A stretch of 58,126 bases of DNA, counting the filler, from Sphacelaria rigidula (Eukaryota): NCBI GenBank assembly GCA_964200075.2. It is 4 parts of 4 records of this genome, joined end to end, with 100 filler letters (N's around TTAATTAATTAA, not from the genome) between each part and the next. Parts side by side here need not be neighbours in the genome. Positions count along the whole stretch, not along the records: positions 14,562 to 29,018 come from CAXNAA020002233.1; positions 29,119 to 43,575 come from CAXNAA020002234.1; 2 more parts are not named here. One strand, written 5' to 3'. The first letter of the stretch is position 1. Each line of letters starts with the position of its first letter. The translations under genes were made by a program, and so were the position numbers. Positions 23,180-36,400 of this stretch are shown piece by piece. The notes beneath the pieces are model-generated. The model had not been told where the DNA came from. It was given only the letters and a program-made list of their open reading frames with translations, and did no database searches.

Positions 23180-26100
23180 GCCTTCGCATTAAAACCATCC
23201 AGATTTCTCTCCGGCACTCTGTACTGAGCACCTGATGCGGAAGTCTTACGTGGTCACAAGCAAAGTGACCAAAATAGGGTTTGAGGAAATACAAAAACAT
23301 CGGACCCAGCAAAGCTCACACAGACGCGATATAAGAAGAAAAAAGAAAATAGAAAATAGAGAAGTACAAGAAAATGAAGAAGATGGAAAATATGAAGAAG
23401 AAATACTGCCAATCTCACAAGTTCCGGTGCCGTAGGCAACCTTTCGGGCTACTGGAGGCAGGGCCTAATGGTCCACTCAACACGCAAGGTCAAACACAAA
23501 TGGAGCCTAACGCAGGAATCAAGATCGTCAATCAATATATCTATATAAATCGCAGGGTTTTATCCTTGTGCCTCTAGAGGGACAGCCATGTGTAGGAATA
23601 TACTACGCACAACAAGAAAAACACCACATGACAACACACCAACTCGGGCGGGGGGGCGTACTCATTTGTTGCTTGCCCAAGTCGTTTGACCATCGTTCAC
23701 GCATCCCTAAACTTAAGCGGGGGAGTACATGAAAGGCAGCAATAAGTCGGAAAAAGGAAGGAGACATGGGGAGATGGTGCGGGGTCCTACCACCTCCGCC
23801 ATGTTCAGTTCGGTACAAGCTGGGTACACGTTCTTCAACGTCCTTCCTACTCTCCTTGAAGATCCCGTTTTGTCGCACGTATTGGGCTGAGCTCCTGCTC
23901 GTTCTTATGCTAAGAAGACATCAATTTCTCCGCTCCCTGCAGCACCCCCGCGTGCCACGGTACCCCTCTTTCCTTCTTGGCTGCTGAGGGCCAGAGGACA
24001 CTTTTAACTCCGAACGTCTGTCGGTTGTCGTCCGTAGAGCGTGGTCCTTGAAGATCGTTCCTCAGAAACTCCAGCCAGTTTTGCTCCGGGCACCCTGGTC
24101 CTGGATCCTTCCCCTCCACGAGTGCTCCGAATGCCAGTCGCTTCGGTAGTTGTCCATTTGGTTTCTAGCCAGGGATCCCGCGAGCAGCAGTCGCTGTTGC
24201 CGGACGATGGCTTCACCACTTTGGCATCCGGTCTTCTTTAGGGCCTGGGCGTACGATAACTGTCGGTATGTGCCACGCACGCGGCGATACCCGATAGCTT
24301 GCCGGAGGGGACGGTAGGCTACCGTCCTCAGCAACCGGCAGTGCTCGCGGCGGCGGTTTCGTGTCATGGATCCATACGGTAGGACCCCCACCGCCTCCAC
24401 ATTGAGCAGTCGGAGCTTGAGTCTCCACGGTGCTTTCGATCGGTGACAGAGCTCCCGGGAGGATGTTCTGACGAACCCCCAAGTTGTTGATCTCTTTTGT
24501 GAGCTCGCCATCTGTGCGTATTTTTCTGAGATTCGTTGGATCCCAACCAAGCAGAAGCGGGTAAACACCAATGATCGAACCGTAGTAGAACAGGGGCGCA
24601 TTGCCTCCAACACGGTCCTGGCATAAAACAAGAACAGCACTACATCAAAATACATATTATATTTATTCCCGTGAGTAGACGGTCCGCCCGCCTTGAGACG
24701 GAACACCAGCAAAATGGAGTTTCTCGTCACGAGTGTTTCTCTCGTATATGATGAAGGGACGTCAGCGTTTACACTACAATAGAGTATTTCCAACCATGAG
24801 GTGTCGTCCCTACCCATCCCCTACCGTGGTACGCCCGTCCACACTCTCAGATGCAACGCCTACAGACATGTGTGTTACACGGGTGTCTGCGCGTTTCCGT
24901 GTTTCGAAGAGCAACCGCATCAAAGTTTGTCCACTCAGCCACCCAGCCCTAAGGCTCGGTTAGCTTCTGTTAGGTTAGGTCAGCACAGGGCGCGGAAAGA
25001 GGGGCTGCCGAACAACTTCAACATATCATTAGTAGGTGATACGGGCCCCCCAATTCACGCCTTTTTTTCTGGCTAAAGGTGTCGGTTACTCCACGTCTGC
25101 TGCGATGAGGCAGTCAACATATTCAGCCGACTTCGGTAGACGCGGATAAGTAGATGTCAACGATTGAAGTGGCTCCTCCACGCGAGAAGTGGCAAGAATC
25201 TCCCCACCCCCTCTCCAGTCCACCTCAAAGAAGATTTCGGTATTATCAACCATCCCGAAATACAATGTTGCAAATCTCCGAATACTCCCCGTCGCTACCG
25301 TGAGATGATTCTTCCTCGAATCAACTTCTCGTCGAGAGCAAACGAGCTTTACCCTCCCCCTCCGCTGACCCCTTGGCGACCAGGATCTTCCGAGGGAGAA
25401 ATATTCCCTTCCCACGAAAAGCCACGCCTTTCCGATCCCCACGCTCGCGAAAACATGAGATCATACTCGATTTCGCCACCTAGCTCCATTCCCAAGTTCG
25501 GTGCTGTTCTCAGTCGACACTAGCTTCCTACCAGCCCCTCTTCATTGTTTTTCTCTAGTACTACTTCGAACCCCCATTGTGAGGTGGAAAATCATTTTGT
25601 TTTGCCATGCTTTCAGTCCGTCCTCGGGACAAGTCCGTGGTTTCAAGGGATCGACACACGTCTCTCTCCCCTCCCTGTCTCTGGGTCCCGTCTCGGAAGG
25701 GATGCATGGTCGATGGTCAAACGACTAAGGTAAGCAACACATGAGTACGCCTCCCCCCCAGTCCCTTTTGAGGGTCGACGTTGGTTGGCAAAGATGCCGT
25801 AAAACACGCCATTCAGTGCGTAACCTAGGCAACCAGGCCCCCGCTTTTGTTTCGGTAACCATGGTGGTTGCCGAGATACATCAAATGTGCGGGGTGGAGA
25901 ACCTGAACTCTGCGTGAGGGGGATAATCATACTACGTAGAGTTTAAATGGTGAGGCACTCATGAAGCAGTGCGTAACCCGTGGACATCTCTTGAATTAGC
26001 GATACCAGAAAATGAAGCAACCCATAGGAGGCTGCCATCCGAATGCAAGGTGATCAGAACGCTTCGGACGGCAATTTTTTGGCAGGATGCCACTCGCCCT

Positions 26101-28857
26101 TCATGCGACTCATCAAGGCACTTCGCGCTTGGTAGTTGATGACGAGCCTGGTCCAGTGAAAATCTGGTGCTCCTCCCCGGCTTTGTAGGGATGTGAGCTT
26201 AACGGTCATATGATTATGGCGTACAAGATCATGGGTACACCCATCTCCCTTCCCTAGCACCTACCTGTGTGACTAACGCAAGGGGACACTCAGAAGGGTG
26301 GTTCTACGATAGGGCTGGTGGTCGTTTATTTGCAAGAAACAAGGGGGCCCATGGGTGTGCGTTACATGATCTGACGCTCTCGTTATAGGCTTCCATGTGG
26401 AAACAAATCAGTTTTCAAGCGGCGTGAATGCGTGCTTTATTTTAATGCCTAGAGCATAAAAGTGAATCTGTCGCTTGAAGCGACGCTTCGAATGTGTCCC
26501 TTCGTACGAGCAGTCACTCGCAACACTACGACTCCGACCGAAGATTCTCACAACTGTAGAAGCGGCAGCATCGCCTTTTCTGACACACTTTCAGATCTTT
26601 CCCTGGGCTTCGAACCACAGTATACCTTGACACTTCCGAACAGATACTGTTTAGCTGAGGTTTCTGGAAAATAACAGAGATTTTGTCCTATGATACAGGC
26701 ATCTAGCTGGTCCACTCACGATTGCTTACGCTTACCTGCATTTTAAGTCATTACATCCTGTAATGAACTCATTTGTACTAGATTTTTCCACTATTTGTCT
26801 CATTTTTCGGTTTTCTGCCGTTTATTTTTGTCGCGCTTCCTTCGGCGAATGTTCCTGTTCATTTACCTTGAGGATGAATAATTCGTGACCATAGCCGAGC
26901 TTGTAGCTGGCCAATCGGTATCGCACTCGATGAGATCAATCAAAGCAGACACAACCGTATTCAGACGGTGCTCGAACAGGAACAAGTCGATGCTTGAATG
27001 ACACGTTCATGAATATATCAGAACCTTACATTGAGGGGTCCACTGCAAATCGCTTAGTGACCAAAATCTTCAAGTACCGAATATAAGCTGCAGACCGAAA
27101 TACTTCACAAACAAACCTATGAGACAAAAATATACCCGGCAAACAAAACGCATAAAATGGGAAAATCACGATTTTTGGTTTTGCATTTATTAAAATGTAA
27201 AGTCCTGGTAAAATCGCCATTTTATGTTTTCACGATCTCACATTTTCGGCGATTTTTGCGATTTCGCTGACGGTTAACCCTGGGTGGTAAACGTCGCTTT
27301 CCGAGTTTGGGAAAGATGGGAATAGTCGATCATCAAGCACACCAGGGGTGTCGTTAGGACTTTGGCTAGTGCAGCGAATGGCTGAGGACAAGGTATGCTA
27401 GCGCCGGCATGCCTCAGAAGAGGCGTACGGCCGGCGGGCGTACCGCCCGTGCCGCAGTGCGTGCTCAGGTGCGTTGAGACGATGGCGGGATCCAGGCACC
27501 ATATTAAGAGACGACAACATCGGCACCACTATTTCCCGTTGAGCGTACTGTCCTGTACGTTCAGGGCACTTTCTGCTCAATTGCGCCGCATGAAAGCTTC
27601 AAAACAGTAAATCGGAAATGGGGAAATGCTGCTCTGAACGGCACTCAAAGGACGTTACGTCAGCGTATAACAGTCAGCGTATAACAATGGGATACTTGTT
27701 GACGGCCGAAAAAATCCTGTTGCCATGTTACATGTAAGACTCTAGTTTGCTGTTCCTTCCCATCCCTAGTCATAGCCCAGCTTTGTCCCTAGCGATACGC
27801 TGATCATGTGCTGAGAATGGGGTAACGCTGTTTACGAAATACTGGGGTTGATACGCCGCGCCTCGGAAATCCAGCGGGTGCGCCAACCGTCAGTTTAGGT
27901 GAAACTCATGCGGCGTAATGTTTCTGTAGAATCCGTTTTCTACCCTCGAAAGCAGAAGGACGTGGGCAGGAAAACATCAAACTCGATGACTGTGGTAGAG
28001 CCGCGAAAATGCTTTCCGATGCTTGGAAATACGAAGTCGACTCTTTACCTGAGGAGACCTTGAGTGTATGGATTCATACTGAAGGAGGGGGAGGGGGTGT
28101 GCTCATGATCATGCATGCCATGGTCATAAGAAAGTTTGACCCGGAGAGAGGGGGAGGGGGAGCTTGAAGTATGAAAATGCAGTGTGCAGTATATATGGAT
28201 ATGTGTGGGCTCGTCGCACAAACTCCACGATCTTGATGGGCATTCCTGTGGGTACAAGTCCTTGTCGATGCTAGGGGTCCATCTGGGGGTGCTGTTGATA
28301 TTCCGGGCACTCAAACCGAAATAAGTTGTGCCTAGCGTGAGCGACATTTAAAGGCGCTTTCTTGATCCAGCCCTTCGCTTCATCCTATATGGTAGATTTG
28401 AGTATGAAAAGCCGAGGTAAGACTACGCGGCACGTTTGTTTTCTACGAAAAGTTCAACAGACAAGACCGCATGATGTAGGCACGGATCAATACTGCAAAT
28501 GCGATTTCCTCTTCGGCCCTACAGGATACCCGACTTGAAATAAAACAGTAAGTCAACCATCGTTGATCGTTTCAAAATTGCTGCTGCGTCTGTACTGTTT
28601 TGTTACGAGGCTAGTGCTGAGCTGGAGAAGTTGGGAGTGCGATTGCAAGCGGCATCGAGTTTACTCAGGGGACAGAGTTTGACTGCCGCAGAATTCCGGC
28701 GTGGTAGCCGGCGCTCATCTGACGACGTGCAAGACCAGCTCCGGGCCAAAAACAGGGACGAGATAAAGAAAACCGAGGTTGTGAGGAAGAAACTCAGGAT
28801 GCACCATGAGGAGGCTCGGACTATGCTGGCCAAAAAGATTCAAGTCGAGAACACTAG
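19670..28857 (+). CDS. Partial multi-exon host gene: Ser/Gly/Pro-rich region followed by predicted coiled coil; function unknown
   Basis: Phase-compatible GT-AG exons: 19670-19820 (VQSVLDDFLGND...), 20101-20281, 21662-21853 (…LGNLQVFLDGKQKEVAQAHARRTKELEVVLAKEEQYFNALL), probably 22802-22846, and 28615-28857 (AELEKLGVRLQAASSLLRG...). A possible upstream exon lies at 17075-17163. Start and stop were not found. Confidence 0.6.
23128..23180. repeat. (TGT)n microsatellite
   Basis: Perfect trinucleotide run. Confidence 0.97.
23870..24510 (-). mobile_element. 5'-truncated RTE-type LINE, ORF2 C-terminal remnant
   Basis: RLKLRLLNVEAVGVLPYG...LRT...IGY...LSYAQALKKTGCQSGEAIVRQQRLLLAG, then a frameshift into GPGCPEQNWL. 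This is the typical post-RT region of RTE LINEs. Confidence 0.85.
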
Positions 28858-29018
28858 GTATGATGAAGGTGTCGTTGACGTCGTTTGGTTGTGGTAATGC
28901 CCAAATGGAAACGACCAGTTGTTCACGAAATCGCGTGACTGGAGAGATCTACTGTACCATGATTCTAGGATTTGGGGGAGGGGGGGGCGGAGGGGGGGGG
29001 GTACTCATTCGTTGCTTG

Positions 29019-29118
29019 NNNNNNNNNNNNNNNNNNNNNNNNNNNNNNNNNNNNNNNNNNNNTTAATTAATTAANNNNNNNNNNNNNNNNNNNNNNNNNN
29101 NNNNNNNNNNNNNNNNNN
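29019..29118. other. Artificial contig spacer
   Basis: Same 100-bp N/TTAATTAATTAA/N linker. Confidence 0.97.
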
Positions 29119-30401
29119 CAACACCTTTGACACAAGTACCCCACGTTTGTGCCAGGCGATCTTCATGGTAAACCATCCAGGCGCACGGGGGGGGGGGGAG
29201 TAGGTTGCATCAATAGAACAGAACATAGTGTTGATCACAGAAATCTGTAGTGTTCGGGGTGGTGAATAATCGACAGTTATTATTAGACGGTACATCTGCG
29301 ACAAAGGCTTGTAGATGCACCCTTTTTCGCAAGCAGTCGTGCCGAGGAGGCCCAAGACACACGACAAAGAATGTGCTGTGAGAACGTGGGTTGAACCATC
29401 GCAATCCTGCGCACGTCCGGCAGATCATGATCCGTCTGAAAATTACTTCCTCTCCGTATACTTATCTGGATCATGATCTGGATCACATAACCCCATTTTC
29501 CATGTTTGTTCCTTCCAGCGCCGGACGCTGAGCACGCCGAGTATCGCAAAAGGTTGCGCTTTGGCTTTTCTGACTCCGCGGTCACCTATTTTGTGTCTTT
29601 GGACCAACGGATTCTAAAGCGTTGTTTGATCTGTTGTTTCAGACAGAGCATGATCTGTCCGACGTTGGCAGCCTTGTGACATCAACGCATCCGCACGAGA
29701 GCACAGCCGTGAGCATTGCTGTGTTTTCCGTCAGCGCTCAAATCCCTCGTCATGTACTGTACGAAAAACTGCATTTTACTGCTGGCTGCTCTATGCTCTC
29801 ACAAGCACACCCCCAGCATGAGATCTGCCGCGTACTTCTCGTACTGCCCAGTAACCTATTGGAATACGGACGGTAAGATCAAATAGTATCTCAGCCGCGT
29901 TGTACTCAAGAGAACAAATTATTCACGTGGCTTGACTATCGCCCTTGTGCTAGACCAAGTCGTTTAATCGTACGGGCCAACATACGAGCACGTCATATGC
30001 TTGCCTTCGGAACATTAAGTTGGTAAGAAGACTATTACATGCCACCAGAGGAGGGGCACGCGCGTATCTCTGATGTTACTGTGTTGCATGTTGGGTTTTC
30101 TACCACTGGTCTGATTACAAGGGCGAGAATGAAGGAAACGAAGTTAGTGCTGTAGCGCACCACCCCCTCGGACAGTGTCGATTGAAACGATTCCCCGTCC
30201 CTCAATTAGCAATTCGCTGTGATGTTGATCGGATACTGACGTGTACGGATACCCAGAGGATATTGGCATCTCGAAGTCGATGGCTACAATTTCCGGTAGG
30301 ACAACACGGAATTGTCATTGATGGCATCTCTGCTATAGTGCTGAATCAGTCGTTCTTATCAGCACACGGGCATGTTCATACTCTCGCCCGTTGTCTCTAA
30401 G

Positions 30402-33400
30402 GTACTGGAAACCGAGGAGACGCGGGAGTTGGTGAAGGCTTACGCGCTACTCGTGGGCCAGCTCGCCGACTTCGAAAACGAAAAAATTGAGGTACCGCTT
30501 CACCAGAAATCCAAGAACAGTGTGACTTCTATCGTGTCATCCACCTTCATCTGGCGTGCGTGTTGTCGGAGATGGATTTGCTTTGCATTTGCATATGTCG
30601 GGCTTTGACGAACGCGAGTGGCTTTTTTCCGGGGGGTTATTTCTTGCGAGTATGTGCCCTGGAGGTTGAACGCCGATATTGCGGTGGTAAGGAGTGATTC
30701 GGTAGGCGAGAACCATCTCCTCTATCACACACATCACAGCTCTCTACCGCAAGTCACCCACGGAGATATCAGTAGCACTCTACTCGTATGCCGCAGCAGG
30801 TAGTAGGAGTGGCCTCGCGTTGATGTGTCCGGAGCATGTCTCGGTCCTGTCAAGGTGTGCTTAGCCCACGGCACATTCAAAGCAGTGACGACTAGCAACC
30901 GTCGCTGGGTAGGTGGCACGTCAAAACATGTACTTACGCCGTCTAATATCTATCTTGATCACTCATCCTCTGTGAATTATCAAGCACAGAACGTTGACTG
31001 TGCAATGCCGTGAAGTTGTGATATTTCCGTATTTCTTCGTCGCCTCTTAAGCCAGGCATGGGGAGCCAGCATCCAAGCTTCCATCGAGGACAAACTCAAG
31101 AACCCGCTCCTCACACGAGGCTCGGACAGGTATGCTAGGGTGGGGTTATCCATGTGATCAGCGTCGTGGGTGCATGACATGCACCGTGATGAGCCCCATG
31201 ATTGCAACAGCAGGGACGATGAACGGGATCTGAGGTTTGTGAATATATTCGAGTGACGAGAAACGGATTTCTCGTGTCGATTGTAGAGTCATGCTTGCTG
31301 ATAGGAGGGAAGGGTGTATTGGGTAATTTCTTCCACGAAATCCCACATCAAATTGTCCTCAAAAGCAGCAACGGTTGTTCGAAGGCGCCTGTTACCGATA
31401 AGTAACGCTCACTCATACCGCTTGACACCGGTTTTACCCAAATACAAGCCCGCCGTGATTGTATGAGGCCGTCTGACACACCCATGAGGTTTTTGTCACG
31501 TTGACTCAACCCCGCCCCCTCGCCTATCGTTGCATGACTCCGTCCGTGTTGCGGCACAACACAACACAAGACCATGCAGCGATTATCGGTAGCATAATTT
31601 CTACCGTCTGAATGGCTACAACAAATTCACGAGAACAGTCATACGTGTTGCGATTCTCTCACGCAGGGCTATTGATGGTATGTCTCCATGCAGTGGTGAA
31701 ACGGAGAAGATGGTTTCAACGGCATGAGCCTTGGTGCATGCGAAATTTCTTGGTTCGATTTCGTAAGCATCCTCATAGATTCTCTCTTTGTGCTGAGGAG
31801 TCGGTTTGTTGGCCTTCCGAGTCTCGTTCGATTTTTGCATATTCGATCTCATGGTGTGTCCAACTCTTTCCATATTCTTATTCCTGATGGATTGGACTTC
31901 CAACTCGTTTCCACAATTAGATTGTTGTGCTGACCAAGTTGTTCCGTGCTTCGCATTTTGGGGAGCATATGAATCCCCGACTGACGACAATTTTTCCTCT
32001 ATCTGGGTCCAACGGGATGCCCAAACCGCGCTTTATTCCGTATCTATTCCTACCAGATATTTTGCAGGACATCGCTAAGCGCGATAAATCTGAATGCCGG
32101 GTCGTCAGCAATTCTGCGACGACTTGCCCTGAATTTTTCCCGAGTCGAACGTAGACTGTATCTATTGTTCTTATGTGTTGGCTTAAACTACTTGAGAACT
32201 AATATACGTCAAAACGCTGACCATGACATGTAATGGCTCTTGTATTGCTTCGAATTTTCACGGACGTTCGCCAGTCTTCCCTCACGCAGACACTCTTGCT
32301 TTGCGTATAATGGGCCAGCTGCAAAGCAATACTCGTCAACAGCCAGACCCCCATAAGACCTACTAATCGATGCATCTCCGACGTCTCTGGGGTCAATTTT
32401 CTCGTCTCTCTGATTAAACTTCCGCTTGTTATTTTTCTTTGTACGGCAAAACAAAACAGGATGCTCCACGTAAACTTTGACCCCCTTATCGTGAGACTCT
32501 TGAGAGAGGTCAAGTACTTCTTATTGCTGGGCCTGAAGGTACCGGAATCGGCGTTAGAAGTCTTCGGTCGGGGAGAGGTAAGCGACGAATGCCGACGATC
32601 ACGCCTGTAAAGGGTGATTCTTGTCAAGCTTCAAAGCTTTGCACCACCATACAACGAGTTCGTCACACGAATTGCTACAATATTTTGGCGAAGTCTCCAG
32701 TGGCTTTATGTACCCTAGATATGTTTTTTCCCACTTGACAGATCTGCTTCAACAAAAGAAAGCAAGAAAATGGACGTTTCCATCGGAATCTTCTCCTTTT
32801 CAAATCGGGATCGCGGATTCTCGTGAGCAATCTACTTTTAGGGCTAACAGAGTCATGCTACGACAGAGGGGGGGTTCAATTCCGCGAAAAAATGGGCTCC
32901 CAGGTGCTTAAGATGACCTCAAACACTCGATGTGTGCTTGTATTTTGGCAAATATGATCGGAAGCAAGCGCGTTCGAACAAACCTTGCTGCTATCAACTA
33001 CGTTTTCAAGTAAAGTCTCGTGGGAGAAAATTGCTCAAAATATTTCCCCCCCCCATATCGTAGCATGACTCAAGATACGATGCATACAGCATTACAGAAA
33101 ATGGTCTGGTGGAGCATTACATAGCAGTATCGTGCTGTCGACAAATCCTTACAGTTAGCATCATTTTGAACATTTATTTTTCGCATCATCTATACCTCTC
33201 TCCTCCATTCCTCGCCCCAAATTCGACGGAACTAGGTGCACCTTGAGCGCTGGTCCGTGCACGCAAGCGTCGAAACTGAAACGTCAAAGTGAACATCGTA
33301 GCTGACCACAGCATGGCTTTGATTATTGGTTTTGGAATGATGGAGTAGGCGTCTGATCGCGTCAATAGACCACCGATGAGAAGAGGACACCATGGACGAG

Positions 33401-36400
33401 AGTGATTTTGAGTTTCCAACCGCGATCGTAATCGAACTGTGGGGACTACCCATCGCTGTGGTGCCTAAACATTTTCATACGTGAGTGCAATAAGCAGCGT
33501 CTGAGATTGCGAGACGATCGGTTTGATTATTTTGCGGCTGAATTCATGGGAGCAGGACGTGTTCCGTATACCGTAGACTGCGGAAATAAAACTGCTTACG
33601 ATGTGCCCGCACCACGACTTATCCGAGAAGCGAATCATATTCTATCCGCATTCCCCACGGGAAGCCAACGCATGGTTGATGAAATACAGTTTTTATCCAC
33701 TTGCCATCAACTCGCCCGCCCCACACTGTGCACACGACCCCGCACGAACGACAGCTTTTCAGGCGACACATGGGAAATCTGGACTTGATAGTGCACATGC
33801 ACAACAACGTGGAGGCTACGCTGCTTCCTGTGGAGAGGCCTCTCCTTCAGCATCAACTGGTAAAAGCGCTCTGTTCTTGCTGACCGCGTGCTGCTGCGCG
33901 CAGAGGGCATCCTTGTCGATAGTGAAAGTGCTTGCTAAGAGTGGTGGCGATGGTGGATTCGTTTAACTCTGCATTCAGCGCTATTGATTGGCTACCACCG
34001 AGGGTGGGGACATAGTGTGCAGGTGCATATTTAGGTCCGACACGCTTGTCGCATCTGTACCGGTCGCTCTGCAGCAAGGTTTCAGCACTGTACAACGTCA
34101 GCTTGTTGATATGTCTTATGCGCGGCGAATATGGATACCTCGTTCAGCGTTCTGTACAAACACAGGATTTGGGCAAAACGGGTAGTATAGCACCACCAGC
34201 AGTGTGGAAGACGAGTGGGCTTACATCTCCTTTCCTCGTCGCCTCGAGTTGCGAACCGGACCGTTTGTTCTTTTGTTTCGCACGTGTCCACACGAAGGGC
34301 AGGACAAAATCGACCATCTGCTGGCGCAAGGCATGGGCGGCGACAGCACCAAGCCCCCGAATGCTGCCGCCATGCCCAGAGGAACCAGCAAGGGCGCGAC
34401 GGGTAAGTTAGTACGATCGATCCGTTGTATAAAACCGCTGAACCTTCCCGCAGCAACTACAAGTACATTGCGCAATTCTCCGTTGACGAACTACACGGCG
34501 AAACGAAGCCATGAACGTTCCCGTTTCGCTCAGTAGCGGTGTGTTTAGATCAGAACTTTCATTGCACGCTGGTTGTGAAATTTTATTGACACCGACCGCG
34601 GGCTGACTTCCGACCGCAGGTAAATCAAAAGCGGCTGGTCGTTCACAAGGAAAAAAGGGGGGGGCTTCAGCTTCTCCAAGTGGCCCCACGGGAGGCCCCG
34701 TTGCGCCCACACAGACTCTCAATTGGCGCAGCACTGGCATCGATGGCTTCATCTCCGAAGCTATGACTGAGGTGAGAAATTTGCATTAGCCTTATGCGCC
34801 TGGACCAGGGCTGCCCGCCCGCGGGATTTCACTTCGTGAAAATAACACCGGGGCACTGCCCACATGTCACCTAGCAATCCGGAACAAAAAATGCGGATAT
34901 CGTTACCCCCATGGACCCAGACCCCTGGAGAAATTAGCGTGATTTTATTTTCTAAGGTCCACTTCGGAAGTTATGCATGCCTCCGTTGATTTTGCGCGGC
35001 GAGCGAAGGTCGATGTCAACCGCGGCACTTTTCTCGGAGGGTAAATTCATCGTAACAAGAGACCGAATATGGAATTTTAGGAAAGTAATCAGTAGGTGTC
35101 CCTCGCACTTTTTTCCTTCGTCGTAGCGGTGGGAATGGCACGACTTGCTGAGAAACATCGATGCCGCATACGATTCCCCGCATTGGTCAGTTCTACGCGA
35201 TGAACATTCCGATGCAATCCATGCTATTGATTCATGACCACAAACCGTGTTAGAGCTTTCGGCGGGAGCATTTGTACATGGAGGCCACGGCGAAATAAAA
35301 CCGCCGCACCAGTGCATTTACACTGCCAGTACATCGTCGGCGGGTTTGGGCTAGTTCGTGGTCCTGAATACCCTCCAGTGATGATATGTTTGATTGACTT
35401 CGTAGTGGGAGGTGTCGGGCAGTGACTTGGCAAAAGGTTAACGGAGATCGAGGGGCGGCACCCAGAGCTCGATAACAGGTCGTTAGAAGAGGAAGTATGA
35501 GTCAATTCCTTTAGACTTCGGGCTCGTCGCCGGGAGGGCGAGGAGGGCACGATAAGGAGTATGACAAAATGGAGGGGGGAGAAACAAGTTCGCTTGAAGA
35601 TATGTCAATGTTGATGTTGAAAGAATTGTGAAGTTTCCGTATAACGGATTGATGAGTCATCAACTTGTGAAGACCACATATGTATGAGCGTATATGACAT
35701 CCAAATACGCATGCAAGCCGGAGAAACAGTCCCAGGAACGGAGTCCGCCAGTGACACCCATGAGCGGACTCGCAACGTTAAAACCTGTGAAGCTGGATCT
35801 TTAGCAAACCTAGGCAACGGGATCTCCGGTATAAAAACTCAGAATAGAAAGAGTCACCGCGTGAATCCTGGTTGAAGAGGACCAGTACAGCCGTACCGAT
35901 CCGTTCACTCGTTTTTCTAGCCTACCCTTGACCACGGTCGAATCCTTGCCTAGACGTCAAAGAGCAAATCACGCCTCGCTTTGGAGATCCTTCGGCAGCA
36001 GGGCACAACAACGTTCTACTGCCTCACCTCGAGCGAAGCCTGTTTCACAAACTGCATATTTGATTCGATAATTCGTTCTTTGACAAACTAACTGAGTTCA
36101 TATTTTTCATCGGCGGCGACTTACTCTCATTAAAGTTTCGTGCTTTGGAAGACAACACGGAGAAAAAACGACAGTACGGAGAATACTTGCATCGAGAAAT
36201 CTAGCCTGAGAAGGTGAAATTGGAGAATGGCCACATGAGATGATGGTGATATGACTGGCAACAGCAAACAAGGAAACAATCAAGTACAATAGCAAGTGAG
36301 ACGTGCAGTGCGTCCGAAGGTAAAAACAGTGCTTCAAGACCATCCACAGCCGTTCTGCGTGCAATCAACGGGGAAAATCACGAAGCACAAACGTAGAGGA

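Noticed and set aside
23007-23312. Poly-Q protein, and likewise the PFPSL-repeat ORFs at 43313-43631
   Set aside because: These are microsatellite translations.
28857-30402. Coiled-coil exons as the 5' part of the dynein gene
   Set aside because: They are separated by an artificial spacer and show no dynein similarity.
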